Source: Conidiobolus incongruus B7586 (lineage: Eukaryota). Taken from it: a DNA stretch of 34,179 nucleotides. How positions within the stretch are numbered: position 1 is the first letter of the stretch; each line of letters begins with the position of its first letter. Where the stretch lies: NCBI GenBank assembly GCA_000697335.1, contig JNEM01006301.1:1-34179 (forward strand). The letters are read 5' to 3'. A model generated the notes under the pieces. That model had not been told where the DNA came from and did no database searches. It saw only the letters and a list, made by a program, of their open reading frames with translations. Made by a program: the position numbers and the translations under genes. Shown in pieces: positions 10,561 through 22,169 of this stretch.

Positions 10561-12144
10561 TTCTGGTCAATCTTTATTTTAATGAATTCTATAAGTATTT
10601 TGGACTTGAAAAAGTTAAGGGAATGTTAATATTATAATATTTATGTAATAATTATTTAATGTGTTATATGAATTGATGAATAAAATAATTTAAATGGTTA
10701 ATTTTTCCCTTTAATTTTGTATAAAAATTCGGGATTAAGTCATTTTTAATCTAAAAATTTGTTAAATATTTTTATGGGATTAAATCGGTTTTGAAATTGA
10801 AACTTTGCAAAATTGAGTTTAATTTTCAAAAAATATTTATCAAAATTTTTGAATTTATTAAATTTATTGATATTATAACTGGTTTACCATATATTTTACT
10901 TGATTTTTGTTACTTCAGAAAACACTTATTCCAATTATTATTATATTAATTAGACAATAATTATTCCAATAACCCTAACAATAATTACATATCAACTCTT
11001 ATTATATTCAATCTTCTAATAACACATATTTAAGAATATATGCAATATTCGAATCACTCTAAAGCAATAAGACTTTGATTGTTTGAATCAAGAAAAGATA
11101 TCAAATGATATATTTTTTATTAAAGATCAACTCTTAATTATCTAATTAATTAATTACATTCTAAAACGATATATATAGAAAAAATCAAAATTTTTAATTT
11201 TTTTCAAGATCTAATATAATAGTCTTTATTATCCAATTGAATATAATCATTTCAATTCCTATTCTAGCACCTTAATCTTAATTGTATTACTATTGTTTTA
11301 GTTATGTAAAAATTGTACAATATTCTACTAAAATTATTTGATTGATTATCAAATGAAGTTAAAAATTTGATTTTATTTTGAAATATATAAAAGTAGTTAA
11401 GCCATTGTTTTGAATATAATTGCCTTATATAAGATATATCGATAAAATGTACTTTATTAATACTCTCTCGATTAGTTTTTTAGGATAAAAGTTTAGTGTA
11501 TATAATTTTATGACTTTCAAAATTCAGAGACCTTTGTTATCACCTATTAATTATTGTCAAAATTTAGCACCATTAAAAATATCACCACCTTAAATTTTAG
11601 AAACCAACTCGAAGTCACTATTGAAAAGGACATTTAATTCAATTAACTGGATTAATATATTGTTAAATTTAATTTTACTGAATTTAAGGTTTGATTAAGG
11701 GGGTTTTATTCATTATTTTATTCATCTTATTAGGTTCCTTGTTCATTTTAAGTATATATTTGTGGGAATTCGACATCATTGGAATATTATTGTGGTTGAT
11801 GGTGATTAAGATTGGTTAGAGTTCAATAGATAAGACAAATACACTAGTTAATTATAATTTATTGAGAATGATTGGTAACTAATGAGTAAAACGATAATAC
11901 GTCATTGAAATAAAAATTGAGTTTAAAATGATAAGAAAAACTAACATTAAATATAAGGAGTATATTAACTGAATATAATCATATTAAGAGATTCACCATA
12001 TTGGGTAAGTAAATTGATTTCTCAATTGTCCAAATATCCCAAAAGAGATGGAAATGAAACTATAAATTGGAAATTTGCATGTCCTCAAAAATATTAATTG
12101 TTTCTTTTCGTATTGAATTTGTAACAGTTGCAAGTGTTAAAATT

Positions 12145-12944
12145 ATGAGTTTGGAAGCTAAAAAATCTCAGTTAACTTCTTTATCTCCTCCCCCCGAGAA
12201 GGAGGACTTGGTCAAAGCTGCCGAAGTTGTCACACATAACCTTATCAACTATCAGGACTTAGGTAATTTTGATATCATATATCATAGCTGACTCTCTCTT
12301 TGATATTTAATTATTTCAATAGACTTGGGTTACACTTGGAGTCAAACCCTCAACGAATTGGAAATTTACATTCCATTATCCAAACCTGCCAAATCTCGCG
12401 ATTTGACTGTGAATTTTACCAACCAGACTCTCAAAGTCAGTTTCAAAAACGAAACGCCTATCATAGAGGTAACATCATACCACACAATTATATCGTATAT
12501 TAACCCCAAATAGGGTCAATTCTACGCCAAAATCAAGCCACTCCAAAGCACCTGGAGTTTAGAACGTCCCGACTTGATTATTGTAAATATTGAAAAATTA
12601 CAAAAATTTAACTGGTGGGAATGCGTGATCGAGGGACATCCCAAAATTAATGTTAGCAATTTGACGCCCGATACCTATCTCTTGCCTCAGCTCTACTCGT
12701 CCAACCGAGAAATTGTCAAAGCTATGATGGTAGGTTCATTATTTAGCCATTAGGAATATGACTAATTTGTGTAGGAGGATCAGCGCGTCCGATGCAAGAA
12801 TAAAATAGTAGAAACTGTTGAAAATAATCCCGAATATGCCGAGAGTTTGAAACGTTTCTTGAAATTGGTAATTCTTATAACATTTGATTAATTTCATTGA
12901 CTGATTAATTTTAGCACCCTGAATTGTTTTATGATGAAGAGTAA
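12145..12944 (+). CDS. nudC: NudC-family (CS/p23-domain) nuclear migration co-chaperone, ~200 aa; exons 12145-12262, 12323-12468, 12514-12729, 12775-12867, 12915-12944
   Basis: Four GT-AG introns (60, 45, 45, 47 nt) give one frame: YTWSQTLNELEIYIP...IIEGQFYAKIK..STWSLE...IEKLQKFNWWECVIEGHPKIN...MMEDQR...LKRFLKLHPELF, matching the NudC CS domain and C-terminal helices. Confidence 0.85.
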
Positions 12945-13481
12945 AAATTATCACTATTTCGATATTTAAAAACTGTTTTTGCAATTAACTTTGAATTAGC
13001 ATATTTTAGTACTGTTGAAAATTATCTTGTATTGATTATAATAAATAGGCCCGCCATTGATTATTTTGATAGTTTTTATTGTATCATTACTCTTTCAATT
13101 TTCTAAAAATATTTCATATTGTATTTTGATACAATTTGACTAATTGCTTTAACCTCAATTTCAATCACTCCAATCATCCAGTCCCATAAATTCCAATTAT
13201 CTGAAATTACAAAAATATTAAATAAATTTACCGATTGATTGCAAATGTAAGGTAACAATCTTAACACTTCGACCCTACCAAAACTAACCCATTTAAAATT
13301 AATTAATTTAATATCAAAGTTGCTAAATAATCAATAGAGTTATTTAGAATTGAAAGTTAACTTCAACCTATATTTATAATTGTTTTCTTTGGGTTGTTTA
13401 TTTAATAAGGTTGAAAAGTTATTATTATAATTAAGTATTGAAAGTTTGTTAATATATCGTATTGTTTAAGTTCTAAAAAAT

Positions 13482-15158
13482 ATGATGAATGGAACAGATA
13501 ACCACATTCAAGTTAAAATAGAGAATCCTACTATCACCACTAATGTAAATAATAATGAAACGAGTCAAAATTCTGTGACGGAAACGCCCAACTCCCCAAA
13601 ATTATTATATTTGAAACCCGTACCCAAAATACCGGAAATCGATCCGACGCAGTGCTTGATATCGCGAACGGGACTAAATAGGATGTATGACGAGTATGTC
13701 AAGCCCTATATTGACAAAGAGGACGAAAATCCCTGGAATGGTGATTATAAACCGTATTTGGAGAGAGTTAACGGCAATCACGAGGTGACAAACGATGGAA
13801 CGTTACATAGTTTACTGTACCATAACCCTAGTTTGAATGTTGAAGTCAAGCCACTGAATAAGTATAGATTGTTCAACATTTTTAAGTTTGACGAAGGCCC
13901 TTTAAAATATCGTAATATTAATCAGCTTGCTGATGATGGTTATATACAGAAAGCCATCTATAGAATGGCTAACATTGAGACTGATGACCTTTCAGGTGGA
14001 CAACCTGCTGATTATAGAGATACTCTTAAGGCGGAGCATGGTGTCAATGGTAATGTAGCCTCCTCCAATAGTGAGCGAAGACCCCACACTCCAAGCGATC
14101 CATTGTCCAGACCTCCAAGTCAAGCAAAATCTTATAAGCAGGCACCTTCAGATGTTACGGAACTAAGGCAGAGGTCAAGCTCACAACAGTCTTCCAGACA
14201 TGGTACATCTGCTAACCATTCTGGACATCCACATGACCATCGCCCTCATAGTTCACAAGCTACTAGGGAAGAAATGGAAAGAAGTCGACATTCGCGCTAT
14301 CCTGAAGAGTATCATAAATCTAAATCTAGACATCTTGAAGATCCTGCTTTTGCACAGTCCACACCGCGCTCCAGCTCTCGTCACAGACGATCTGGCGCAA
14401 ACTCACCATATCAAGCACATTCACCTAATGTTACAACTGAGTCATCCAACTCTAAAATACCTAGGGACGAGAATTCTCGACCCAGGGATCCCAATAGAGA
14501 ATCTTCGCACCACAGATCTGAAGAACATCGCTCATCAAGTCGTTATAAGGAGTTGCATAGATCTCACAAGGAAGAAGATCACCATTCCAAATCAATCCCT
14601 ACAACTTCTGTGTCAACTCCAGTAGATCTCAATCGCTCACATCACCGCCATGCTCATTCTGGTTCAGGGACGCCGTCGCGACATCCAGAGGGTTCAGATC
14701 CATCCCGCCATGGTCACCAAGGCTATGTATCATCCAAGCATGCATCTCGAGAGCGGTACGAACCGTCCCGAAGCAAGCACACCGTGGACGAAGCTGCTCA
14801 ACACAAACCGCAGTCCCGCTCGGAATCCAAGAGTAGTAGTAAGCACCACTTAACGGACAGTAGCGAATTCAATCCCTCCTCCAAGAAGTCGCGCAGCGGC
14901 CACGCGACACCTGAAGCCAGTAGCACATATCCCCAATCGTCGCATTCTGAAACCATGGAGCATCGTAGTAGCTCGCGTCGCCATGCAGAACGCCCGCCAT
15001 CATCCAAGGAGCATCGCCATCGCGAATCCAGTCACAGTCACCAGTCCATAGATCCCAGAATGCACAAGCATCGCCACGAAGCAAGCTCCGAAAGCAGCAG
15101 ATATCACGAAGAGTATTCGGAGGATCGTCGTTCTCGACCCCAATCCTCGCGTCACTAA
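13482..15158 (+). CDS. MED19: Mediator subunit Med19 (Rox3)-like protein with long disordered H/S/R-rich tail, 558 aa, intronless
   Basis: N-terminal LLYLK...DPTQCLISRTGLNRMYDEYVKPY...YKPYLERVNG...DGTLHSLL...VKPL..YRLFNIFKFDEGPL follows the Med19 pattern (xLIxxYxLxxxYxxF...FLxDLPG...SLRSLI...FRLxxGPL), recalled from memory. The remainder is low complexity. Confidence 0.6.
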   Translation: MMNGTDNHIQVKIENPTITTNVNNNETSQNSVTETPNSPKLLYLKPVPKIPEIDPTQCLISRTGLNRMYDEYVKPYIDKEDENPWNGDYKPYLERVNGNHEVTNDGTLHSLLYHNPSLNVEVKPLNKYRLFNIFKFDEGPLKYRNINQLADDGYIQKAIYRMANIETDDLSGGQPADYRDTLKAEHGVNGNVASSNSERRPHTPSDPLSRPPSQAKSYKQAPSDVTELRQRSSSQQSSRHGTSANHSGHPHDHRPHSSQATREEMERSRHSRYPEEYHKSKSRHLEDPAFAQSTPRSSSRHRRSGANSPYQAHSPNVTTESSNSKIPRDENSRPRDPNRESSHHRSEEHRSSSRYKELHRSHKEEDHHSKSIPTTSVSTPVDLNRSHHRHAHSGSGTPSRHPEGSDPSRHGHQGYVSSKHASRERYEPSRSKHTVDEAAQHKPQSRSESKSSSKHHLTDSSEFNPSSKKSRSGHATPEASSTYPQSSHSETMEHRSSSRRHAERPPSSKEHRHRESSHSHQSIDPRMHKHRHEASSESSRYHEEYSEDRRSRPQSSRH

Positions 15159-15315
15159 TAACATACTAAAAATTGAATAACTCTAATTGCACACAATTTT
15201 CAAAATTTATTTCTACCCCAATAACAATTAAAAAATCAATAACTCATGAATTAATTTCAAAATTTTATTTTTTTTCACTATTAATCAATTAATAAATTTT
15301 ATATATAATTAGAGA

Positions 15316-16886
15316 TTACATTTGGTTGATTATTTGACCAACAATTTCAATCCATTCCAATTGATTACCAGGAAATTGGTCAGGTTTTAAAAATACGGAT
15401 TCTTCTAAAACGCGACGTTGAAGTTGATTCTTGAGAGTTTGGGGATCGTAAACTAAATCTAACAAAATATTAGTTTAATAATTTAATGTTAAATACTTAT
15501 TAATTACCTTGAAATGCTTCGTTAATGCAATCCAACCAACCTTGGATCACTTCCAAATCTTCAGGGTTAAATTTATCAGAATTGATTAATTGGAAATTTA
15601 GGATTTTAGAATGTTTGCAATTCAGTTGTAAAGCCTATTATCCCATTCTACGGTTAGTATTGGTATTTTTTTAAATGTTATTAATTACCATATCAATATC
15701 TAATTTACGTGATTGTAGGATAATGGGTTGATGAAATTCGGGGGTTTGGCCATAGATCCAATCCCAAGACTACTGGTGGTTAATCGTTGTCAAGTTTTTG
15801 GTGATATTCATTACCTTGAGTTTATTGTAACTCTCTATAATATAGGGATTGCTTAAGCAGAACTCTTGATCTATAAATTGAACCTACACTTTGATTAGCT
15901 TATAGTAGGTATTGAGGGTATTGAGTTACTTCAGATATCATTTCAGGTAAGTAATGTTGATTGAAGGATGCAGCGACAGTCTCGTAAAACAACTGGTGAT
16001 CGAGATCGGGATTGAAATGGTTTAGGTTGATCACTTTACTACGAACACTCTCTACTCCCTTCGTAGTCAAATTAATCTAAATCATCACAATTAATAACAA
16101 AATCTTAAGCTGTGAATGATGAAGTTACTCGATTCGTTGTTAAATACTTTAACAACCTATCCAAATCACTCCTCAGCAACATCGTCCCATGATGATACGC
16201 TTTAAGCCCCGCAATCTTGTAAGCACTTCCACTTATTTTGCATCCATCCACAGCGATATCGTTACGTGGTGTCAAATAAGTGGGACATCCCAATTTGTTG
16301 AGAGAATCTGACACCAGTTTGGAATTAGTTTCCCGCAAGAATTCTTCGCGTGGCACTATAATACAGTAGTTGGAGTTTCCAACGTCGTGGTACACTGCAC
16401 CACCTCCGCTCTGACGACGTACTAGGGGGATGTTGTCTTGGGTCATGAGTTCTAGGTTACATTCTTTGAATGGATTCTAAACATTGGTGAGATATTCATA
16501 AGTCAATGAGGTAGATCTTTAGTTTACTTGATTCCTTCCCATTACTACGCATGGTTTATTCACGTAAAAGTAGGCAATGTGGGATACCTCCGGCATCTTT
16601 CGAAATAACCTAAATTCATTAATTGTTTTTTATCGTAGTGATTTTAGCGGATTGTTACCATTCTTCAATACTCAAATTCCAATAAGGATCAGTTAATTGA
16701 GAGATGATTACTTTTTTCTATTGGGAATTCATTTGTTAATATTTAAATTATAAATATGTTGGAGGTCGTTACACTGGGGTTGAGTTTTGTAGCATTATTT
16801 AAAATTCTTGACGAAGAGAATGTAGAAAATTGCAATTGTTTGATCTTTGTAATTGTATTGATTAATTTAGATTGGTAGTATAGCAT
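15316..16886 (-). CDS. AIM22: Mitochondrial lipoate-protein ligase / lipoyltransferase (LplA/Aim22/LIPT1 family), ~389 aa; exons 16886-16773, 16717-16659, 16609-16528, 16476-16129, 16076-15930, 15883-15815, 15769-15689, 15634-15508, 15458-15316
   Basis: Eight GT-AG introns of 45-55 nt give one frame with DPYWNLSIEEWLF, CVVMGRNQNPFKECN, RRQSGGGAVYHD, RNDI...KISGSAYK...YHHGTML, KGVESVRSKVINL and SWDWIYGQTPEF. The N-terminal exon is rich in S/T/K and has no acidic residues, like a mitochondrial presequence. Confidence 0.92.
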
Positions 16887-17618
16887 TGTGATATAATGTT
16901 CATATGATTAGTGTGGATTTCTTAGGTTAATTAATTTGTGATTATCACTTTTGATCTATTGATTGTCATATTTTAATGTTAATTTTAGGACGATACAACG
17001 GTTATGGGATATAGTTTAAAGTTAGATTATTAATTAAAATTTTTATTATCAAGATAATACAATAAGGAGTTGGTATATGGAGATTTGAGTTTATAGTTTA
17101 TGAACATCGATGAGAATAATTTCTATAAACTACAAATTGAGCAGTCATACATTTAAAATGTATATTTAATAATTATATTTTTAATTAAAAATTTTGTCAA
17201 ATTGATGAACCTCCATAACTCCACTGATAGGAAAGCAAATGGGGTAGATAGTTTGACATACTCACAACCTTTAATCTCAAGTCTAACGCTATTTAGAGCT
17301 ACCAATGATCAATATATTTAGCAAGATAAGGATCATAACGTAACTCTGGTTAAACTTTTGTTGCAAAGATCTTAAAATTGCGAATATTTTAAAAATTTAT
17401 AATTTAAAAGTAGTTAAAATATTTTATGGGATGATTTGGTGGTTATTTTATATTGGTAAAGGTTTATAATATCATTAATCTAAAATCAATATAAAATTGA
17501 AAAAAATTGATCTTATAATTTATCTAATCAAATTTATTTTTGAAAATTTTACTAAAGTTTGTTAATTATTAATTTTCCAAACTTCTGATACCTATTTTAT
17601 TCCAATAAATTTCTAGAT

Positions 17619-20552
17619 TTATTTCGATCTCAATCTGATCAATGACAGTACACTATCACCCAACCCCTTTGGCTCGCTATCATCGAATGTTAATACAACA
17701 CTGAAACGAAGACCCAAATTCCAAAACAGTCGATTTTCGAGGTGACTAAACCTTAATATGGTATCGCTACAGGGAGTTATGAGAATATCACTTTCGAAAT
17801 GACCTAAACCCTCGTCCAAGAATTGGACGTTAGCGAAATAGTCCTTAGTTGCCGAGGACGATGAGCTTAGCCTGTAGAATTGGAACTGGTCGCTCAGACT
17901 GGAGCTGTTGAAGTTCATAAATTTGGAACTGTCGAAGTTTTGGATGTGAATTTGGATATTCCCAGATTTCAAATGTTCGCGTTGGGATGCATTGAGATGA
18001 TGATCCAGTCGCAATTTACCTTTAAATCGTAGGTTCAAACGATGATCCTTGGAGTATTCGATAGTGTATAGATTGTTAGAGTTGAAATTGTTGAGCTCGG
18101 GCAGTTCCACACTCAGAGTGATAGGATTACTAAGGTATTGAAAGAAGATTGGAGGATATGACGATGAGTCTAAGTATAGGGTTTTGATAAGGGTTTTAAA
18201 TTGTCTGCCAATTTCGTTTAATTCTAACTCATTAAGTGGCTTAAATTCTGTATCAATCTTTATACTATTGTTGACATTTGGCGATAATTTCATAAGATGA
18301 TCTGCCATCACATTTAATTTGTAATATTTAGCATACTCTAATAATTTTATGATTTCAATACAATTTTGAATGAATCTTGTCAATTTTGCAATGTGATTCT
18401 CAGTCCATTTCAACTGATCGGTATTGAACCAAAAATTCCAGGTCGTCTGCAAGTACCTCCAGTATTGAATCGATTCTTCAAGTTGAGTCAAATTGTGGTA
18501 GATTTGTTTCAGTTGGAATTTTGTTAGAGTAAATTGGTTGCTGATGACAATGAGATTTTCGAGGGATTGCAAGTATATGATTCTCAGTTCGATGAGCCAC
18601 GTCGATGCGGTGAAGCCAAATTGCTTGAATTGGTTAATGATTAGTTCGAGATCGTTATAGTTGAGGGCTGTGGATCCGCCTTGGATGATCTTTTGGTGCC
18701 ATTTAGCTTCGAATTCGTTGAGTTGCGCCCAGTTGAGAATCAGACGCTGGAGTTGGTTTGATACTGTGGGTTGGTATTGCTTGAGAATTGTGATGATTTT
18801 GAAACTTATTTGGTAGTTACTCTTGAGAAAGTGGCACTTGAAGCAATCCATTAATACTGGAACAAGAATGGAACTTGGTAAGTTCAAACTGAGAAGCTTG
18901 TCCAATAGGGGTACTTTTGGTAATATGATCTTATCAGAACGTGTGGGGGATTGCTCAATTCCTTCAAATGTTGAATAAGTCAAAAGACCAAGTCGAATTA
19001 ATCGCACATGTGTCAAATTTTGATTAATCAATTTTTGCTGCAACATTTGGATTAAATCTGGTAGCTCTAGCAGCTGGGGAATGAGAGAATCTGTCCATCG
19101 ATCAATCAATCTGGATAGCTCAATATTCTTTTGAGGATTCCACTTTGTCAATAAATCAAAGATGCAATTGATAATAATTTCACTTAAATCTTGAATTGAG
19201 TCACTATTTTTCACACACTTTAAGATAAACTGAATTTGAAATTTCAGACTCCTCAATACAAGTATAAGCTTATTCCGAGGTAATTTAGGTTGAATGAGTT
19301 TAAAGAATTGCGACTGATTAATTTGAATGAATGGCAGTACAGATTGAATGGATTCAGCATTAATGTGCATAATAAGCAATCGAGTGAGTAACTGATTCGA
19401 TATTAGAATATAACTGAAATTTAGAGCTCCTTTATCACTGAACAAATTCTGGTATAAAGTAATGAGTAGTTGATTGATTTCGTTGGATTTCACTTCCTTA
19501 ATATCCCACTCGAGCGCTTCTATCTTTTGAGTTCTTAACTTTAATAGATATTTTATCACCATCAAAGATTTGATTTGATTCAATTTCGAATTGCATTTTT
19601 CTCTCGATTGTTGAATGATTGTTAACCAATCATCATTAATTATATTTAATTTGAAATGGAAATTGGTTTTGCTATCTTTTAATAATTCTGTCAAATTGCA
19701 ATACAATATCCTAAGATAACTAGAGTGACACAGATTGTCGAATTCTTTCCTTAAAAATTTGGTATAGTGATCAATTCTCAAAGGTTGGTGCTGAACTAGT
19801 CTCGTCATTGTAGACAATAAGCCAAATCTTATAGAATTGGTTTCAATACCAAAATCTTGGGAATCTAACTGGTGAAATAGGTTCATACAATGGGTATAAG
19901 CATCTTGGCCAAAATGTGATATAGATCCAAAATGTCTGAGTAATTGAATTGCAATTTCGCGATAATTGGATTCTAAACTTGAGATATCCATAATCAATTG
20001 GAGAAATAATTGACGACCATTTTTACTGTGAATTATGATCAATTCAATACATTCTAAACAAGTGAGTACCAACTCCTCATTCAAATTAATTAAATTGCCA
20101 ATATCAATTAAATTGTAGATCAGTTGCTGATATTTGACATTATTGTAAATGATTACATTCACACTCTTTAAACTTCTCAGAGATAGGACCTGGTCCTCGA
20201 TACTGCACTCCGAAGTGTTCATCAAGGTCACAAGGTTTTGAAAGATCTGTTCAATATTGAATACTTTGGTCAAATGCGGCTGGATTTTTGTGAGTGCTTC
20301 AATGATTAATAACTTGATGGGACTTGCACTGGTAGCGAACTGTCGCGTTAGCTTTAGTACCCATTCGTTTATAGTTAAAGGATTTGGATGTTGGTTCAGA
20401 TGGTGAGGTACCCAAATAATTGCGTGGGTTTGGTGATCGTAATTCTTGGAAGTTAACAGTAATTCCACTTCGGAAGAGTTTTTAAAATTAATACTGGATT
20501 TTGGCCCTAAAGTATTGAGATAGTTAGTATTGGTATAGTTGAATTGATCCAT
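17619..20552 (-). CDS. INTS7: Integrator complex subunit 7-like HEAT/ARM-repeat protein, 977 aa, intronless
   Basis: N-terminus LLTSKNYDHQTHAIIWVPHHLNQHPNPLTINEWVLKLTRQF...HLTKVFNIEQIFQNL aligns by eye with the animal INTS7 N-terminus as I recall it (LRSGKLGEQCEAVVRFPRLFQKYPFPILINSAFLKLADVF...HLEKILNVDEFVKRI). Similar length, helical body and beta-rich-looking C-terminus. Confidence 0.72.
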   Translation of the reverse strand: MDQFNYTNTNYLNTLGPKSSINFKNSSEVELLLTSKNYDHQTHAIIWVPHHLNQHPNPLTINEWVLKLTRQFATSASPIKLLIIEALTKIQPHLTKVFNIEQIFQNLVTLMNTSECSIEDQVLSLRSLKSVNVIIYNNVKYQQLIYNLIDIGNLINLNEELVLTCLECIELIIIHSKNGRQLFLQLIMDISSLESNYREIAIQLLRHFGSISHFGQDAYTHCMNLFHQLDSQDFGIETNSIRFGLLSTMTRLVQHQPLRIDHYTKFLRKEFDNLCHSSYLRILYCNLTELLKDSKTNFHFKLNIINDDWLTIIQQSREKCNSKLNQIKSLMVIKYLLKLRTQKIEALEWDIKEVKSNEINQLLITLYQNLFSDKGALNFSYILISNQLLTRLLIMHINAESIQSVLPFIQINQSQFFKLIQPKLPRNKLILVLRSLKFQIQFILKCVKNSDSIQDLSEIIINCIFDLLTKWNPQKNIELSRLIDRWTDSLIPQLLELPDLIQMLQQKLINQNLTHVRLIRLGLLTYSTFEGIEQSPTRSDKIILPKVPLLDKLLSLNLPSSILVPVLMDCFKCHFLKSNYQISFKIITILKQYQPTVSNQLQRLILNWAQLNEFEAKWHQKIIQGGSTALNYNDLELIINQFKQFGFTASTWLIELRIIYLQSLENLIVISNQFTLTKFQLKQIYHNLTQLEESIQYWRYLQTTWNFWFNTDQLKWTENHIAKLTRFIQNCIEIIKLLEYAKYYKLNVMADHLMKLSPNVNNSIKIDTEFKPLNELELNEIGRQFKTLIKTLYLDSSSYPPIFFQYLSNPITLSVELPELNNFNSNNLYTIEYSKDHRLNLRFKGKLRLDHHLNASQREHLKSGNIQIHIQNFDSSKFMNFNSSSLSDQFQFYRLSSSSSATKDYFANVQFLDEGLGHFESDILITPCSDTILRFSHLENRLFWNLGLRFSVVLTFDDSEPKGLGDSVLSLIRLRSK

Positions 20553-22169
20553 TTTTATATGTTCATTAATTATAGTTGTTTATATTTTGATTAAGTATTT
20601 TACAGATTTCTAAAAATTGTATAACCTTTGTTTGAAGCTAAGTATGTCACAAATTAGTTATATTTATAGGATTGATAACTCTACAATTTGCTTAAATTAT
20701 TATGGGATTAATTTATTTTGAAAACTATTTTCAAATTAAATTTGTCAATTTTACAAATTTTTTGAATTTTTGTATAATTTAGTGAATATAAGATGCTCAT
20801 ATAATAAAAGTAATATATATGGGTATATATTTTCAAAACTATTAACTAAATAGGTAAAAGTTCATTGATATAATATTATGAAATTATTATCGATTCATTT
20901 CGTAAATTTTATCCAACTTTATTAGAGAATTAGTTATTAATCTGACTGTCATTCACTTTATTTAAAATTTAAAAATAGATAATACCAACAAAATATTAGA
21001 CATTCTTTCAAATTATGAATATGAATATCAATGTCCTCTGCATTGCAATAATTTTTATATTAAATCTATAATAATTAAAAAACATTCCATAATTATATTA
21101 GCATTTGTACCACTTTAAATTTATCAAAAATGGTTTTAAATATAATAAAAATTTTATTTTTTATTTTAGTGTTAGTAGTAATATTATTGTGAAAAAATTA
21201 ATATATTTTAAATTTAATTAATATATCAAAAGATTTTTTTTACAATATTAATTTATTATTGGTTTGATGTTATTGAATATTGGATTAGAATACATGGATT
21301 GAATCTTGAGCAATGAGCATTGAAATATTTTGAGATGATGTAAACCTTAAAATTTATATTAAATAATATTTGACTAGACTATGATATATTGAAATATGAC
21401 TTATAAATTAATACTATGTAATACTAATCTCTACAGATTCATTATTTCAGTTATTACTTTTGAAAAATAATAACTGAAATTTTAACTTTAGTAACGATTT
21501 TTGAATTTGTAATATTTCAAAAAATGGTATATTAAGGAATTTATAAAAATATATTGATAATCACCGAAATATTATAAGGCATAAAAATTGTTTGATTAGA
21601 TTTTTCTATTTAATATATAATATTAAATTATTATCTATATATCTATATATTTTATCTTTAATTAATCAAAGTTTATTTAATGATATCATAAAATTTAATA
21701 GATGAAATTATTGTTTTTTATAAAAATTCTAGAATGGTCGAAATAATTTCATTTAAACGATACAGATCTTAAAGTATCAGTTTATAATCCTTGAAATACA
21801 AATATTTTCTCTCTGATATTAACTACCTTTTAATTTACTCTATACCTGTTTTTGAATATTATATTTAAAAAGCTTGGATAATGGATATGAGTAATTGCTT
21901 ATATAGTTACAACTTCAAATTATTATATAATTATTATTATTTTGTACTGTTATTAAATAGTCTAGAATTAACAATGTAATATATGATATTAATATATTTA
22001 ACATTATTTGTATTAATGTTAACTTTAGGACTTTTTATATTGTTAAAAGTATCATTGGCCAAATATTTTGAACTATAAATCATTATTTAAGCCATTTGTC
22101 AATAGTTAACAGATTTTTATATTTTTTTTAAACATAATGTTATTTGTGTATGTTTAAAATTATTGTTTA

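Noticed and set aside
10971..10978. AACCCTAA telomere-like/telo-box motif upstream of RPC2
   Set aside because: Single short occurrence, not an array; compatible with chance.
12739..12984. 81-aa minus-strand ORF (also + ORFs 12067-12291 and 12300-12503)
   Set aside because: Explained by the spliced nudC model; non-ATG starts, with read-through into introns.
14200..15084. Alternative-frame and antisense ORFs within the Med19-like tail
   Set aside because: Expected in GC-richer low-complexity coding DNA; no independent signals.
17202..17227. TGATGA...CTGA box C/D-like pair
   Set aside because: Boxes are only ~16 nt apart, too short for a snoRNA, with no recognisable guide.
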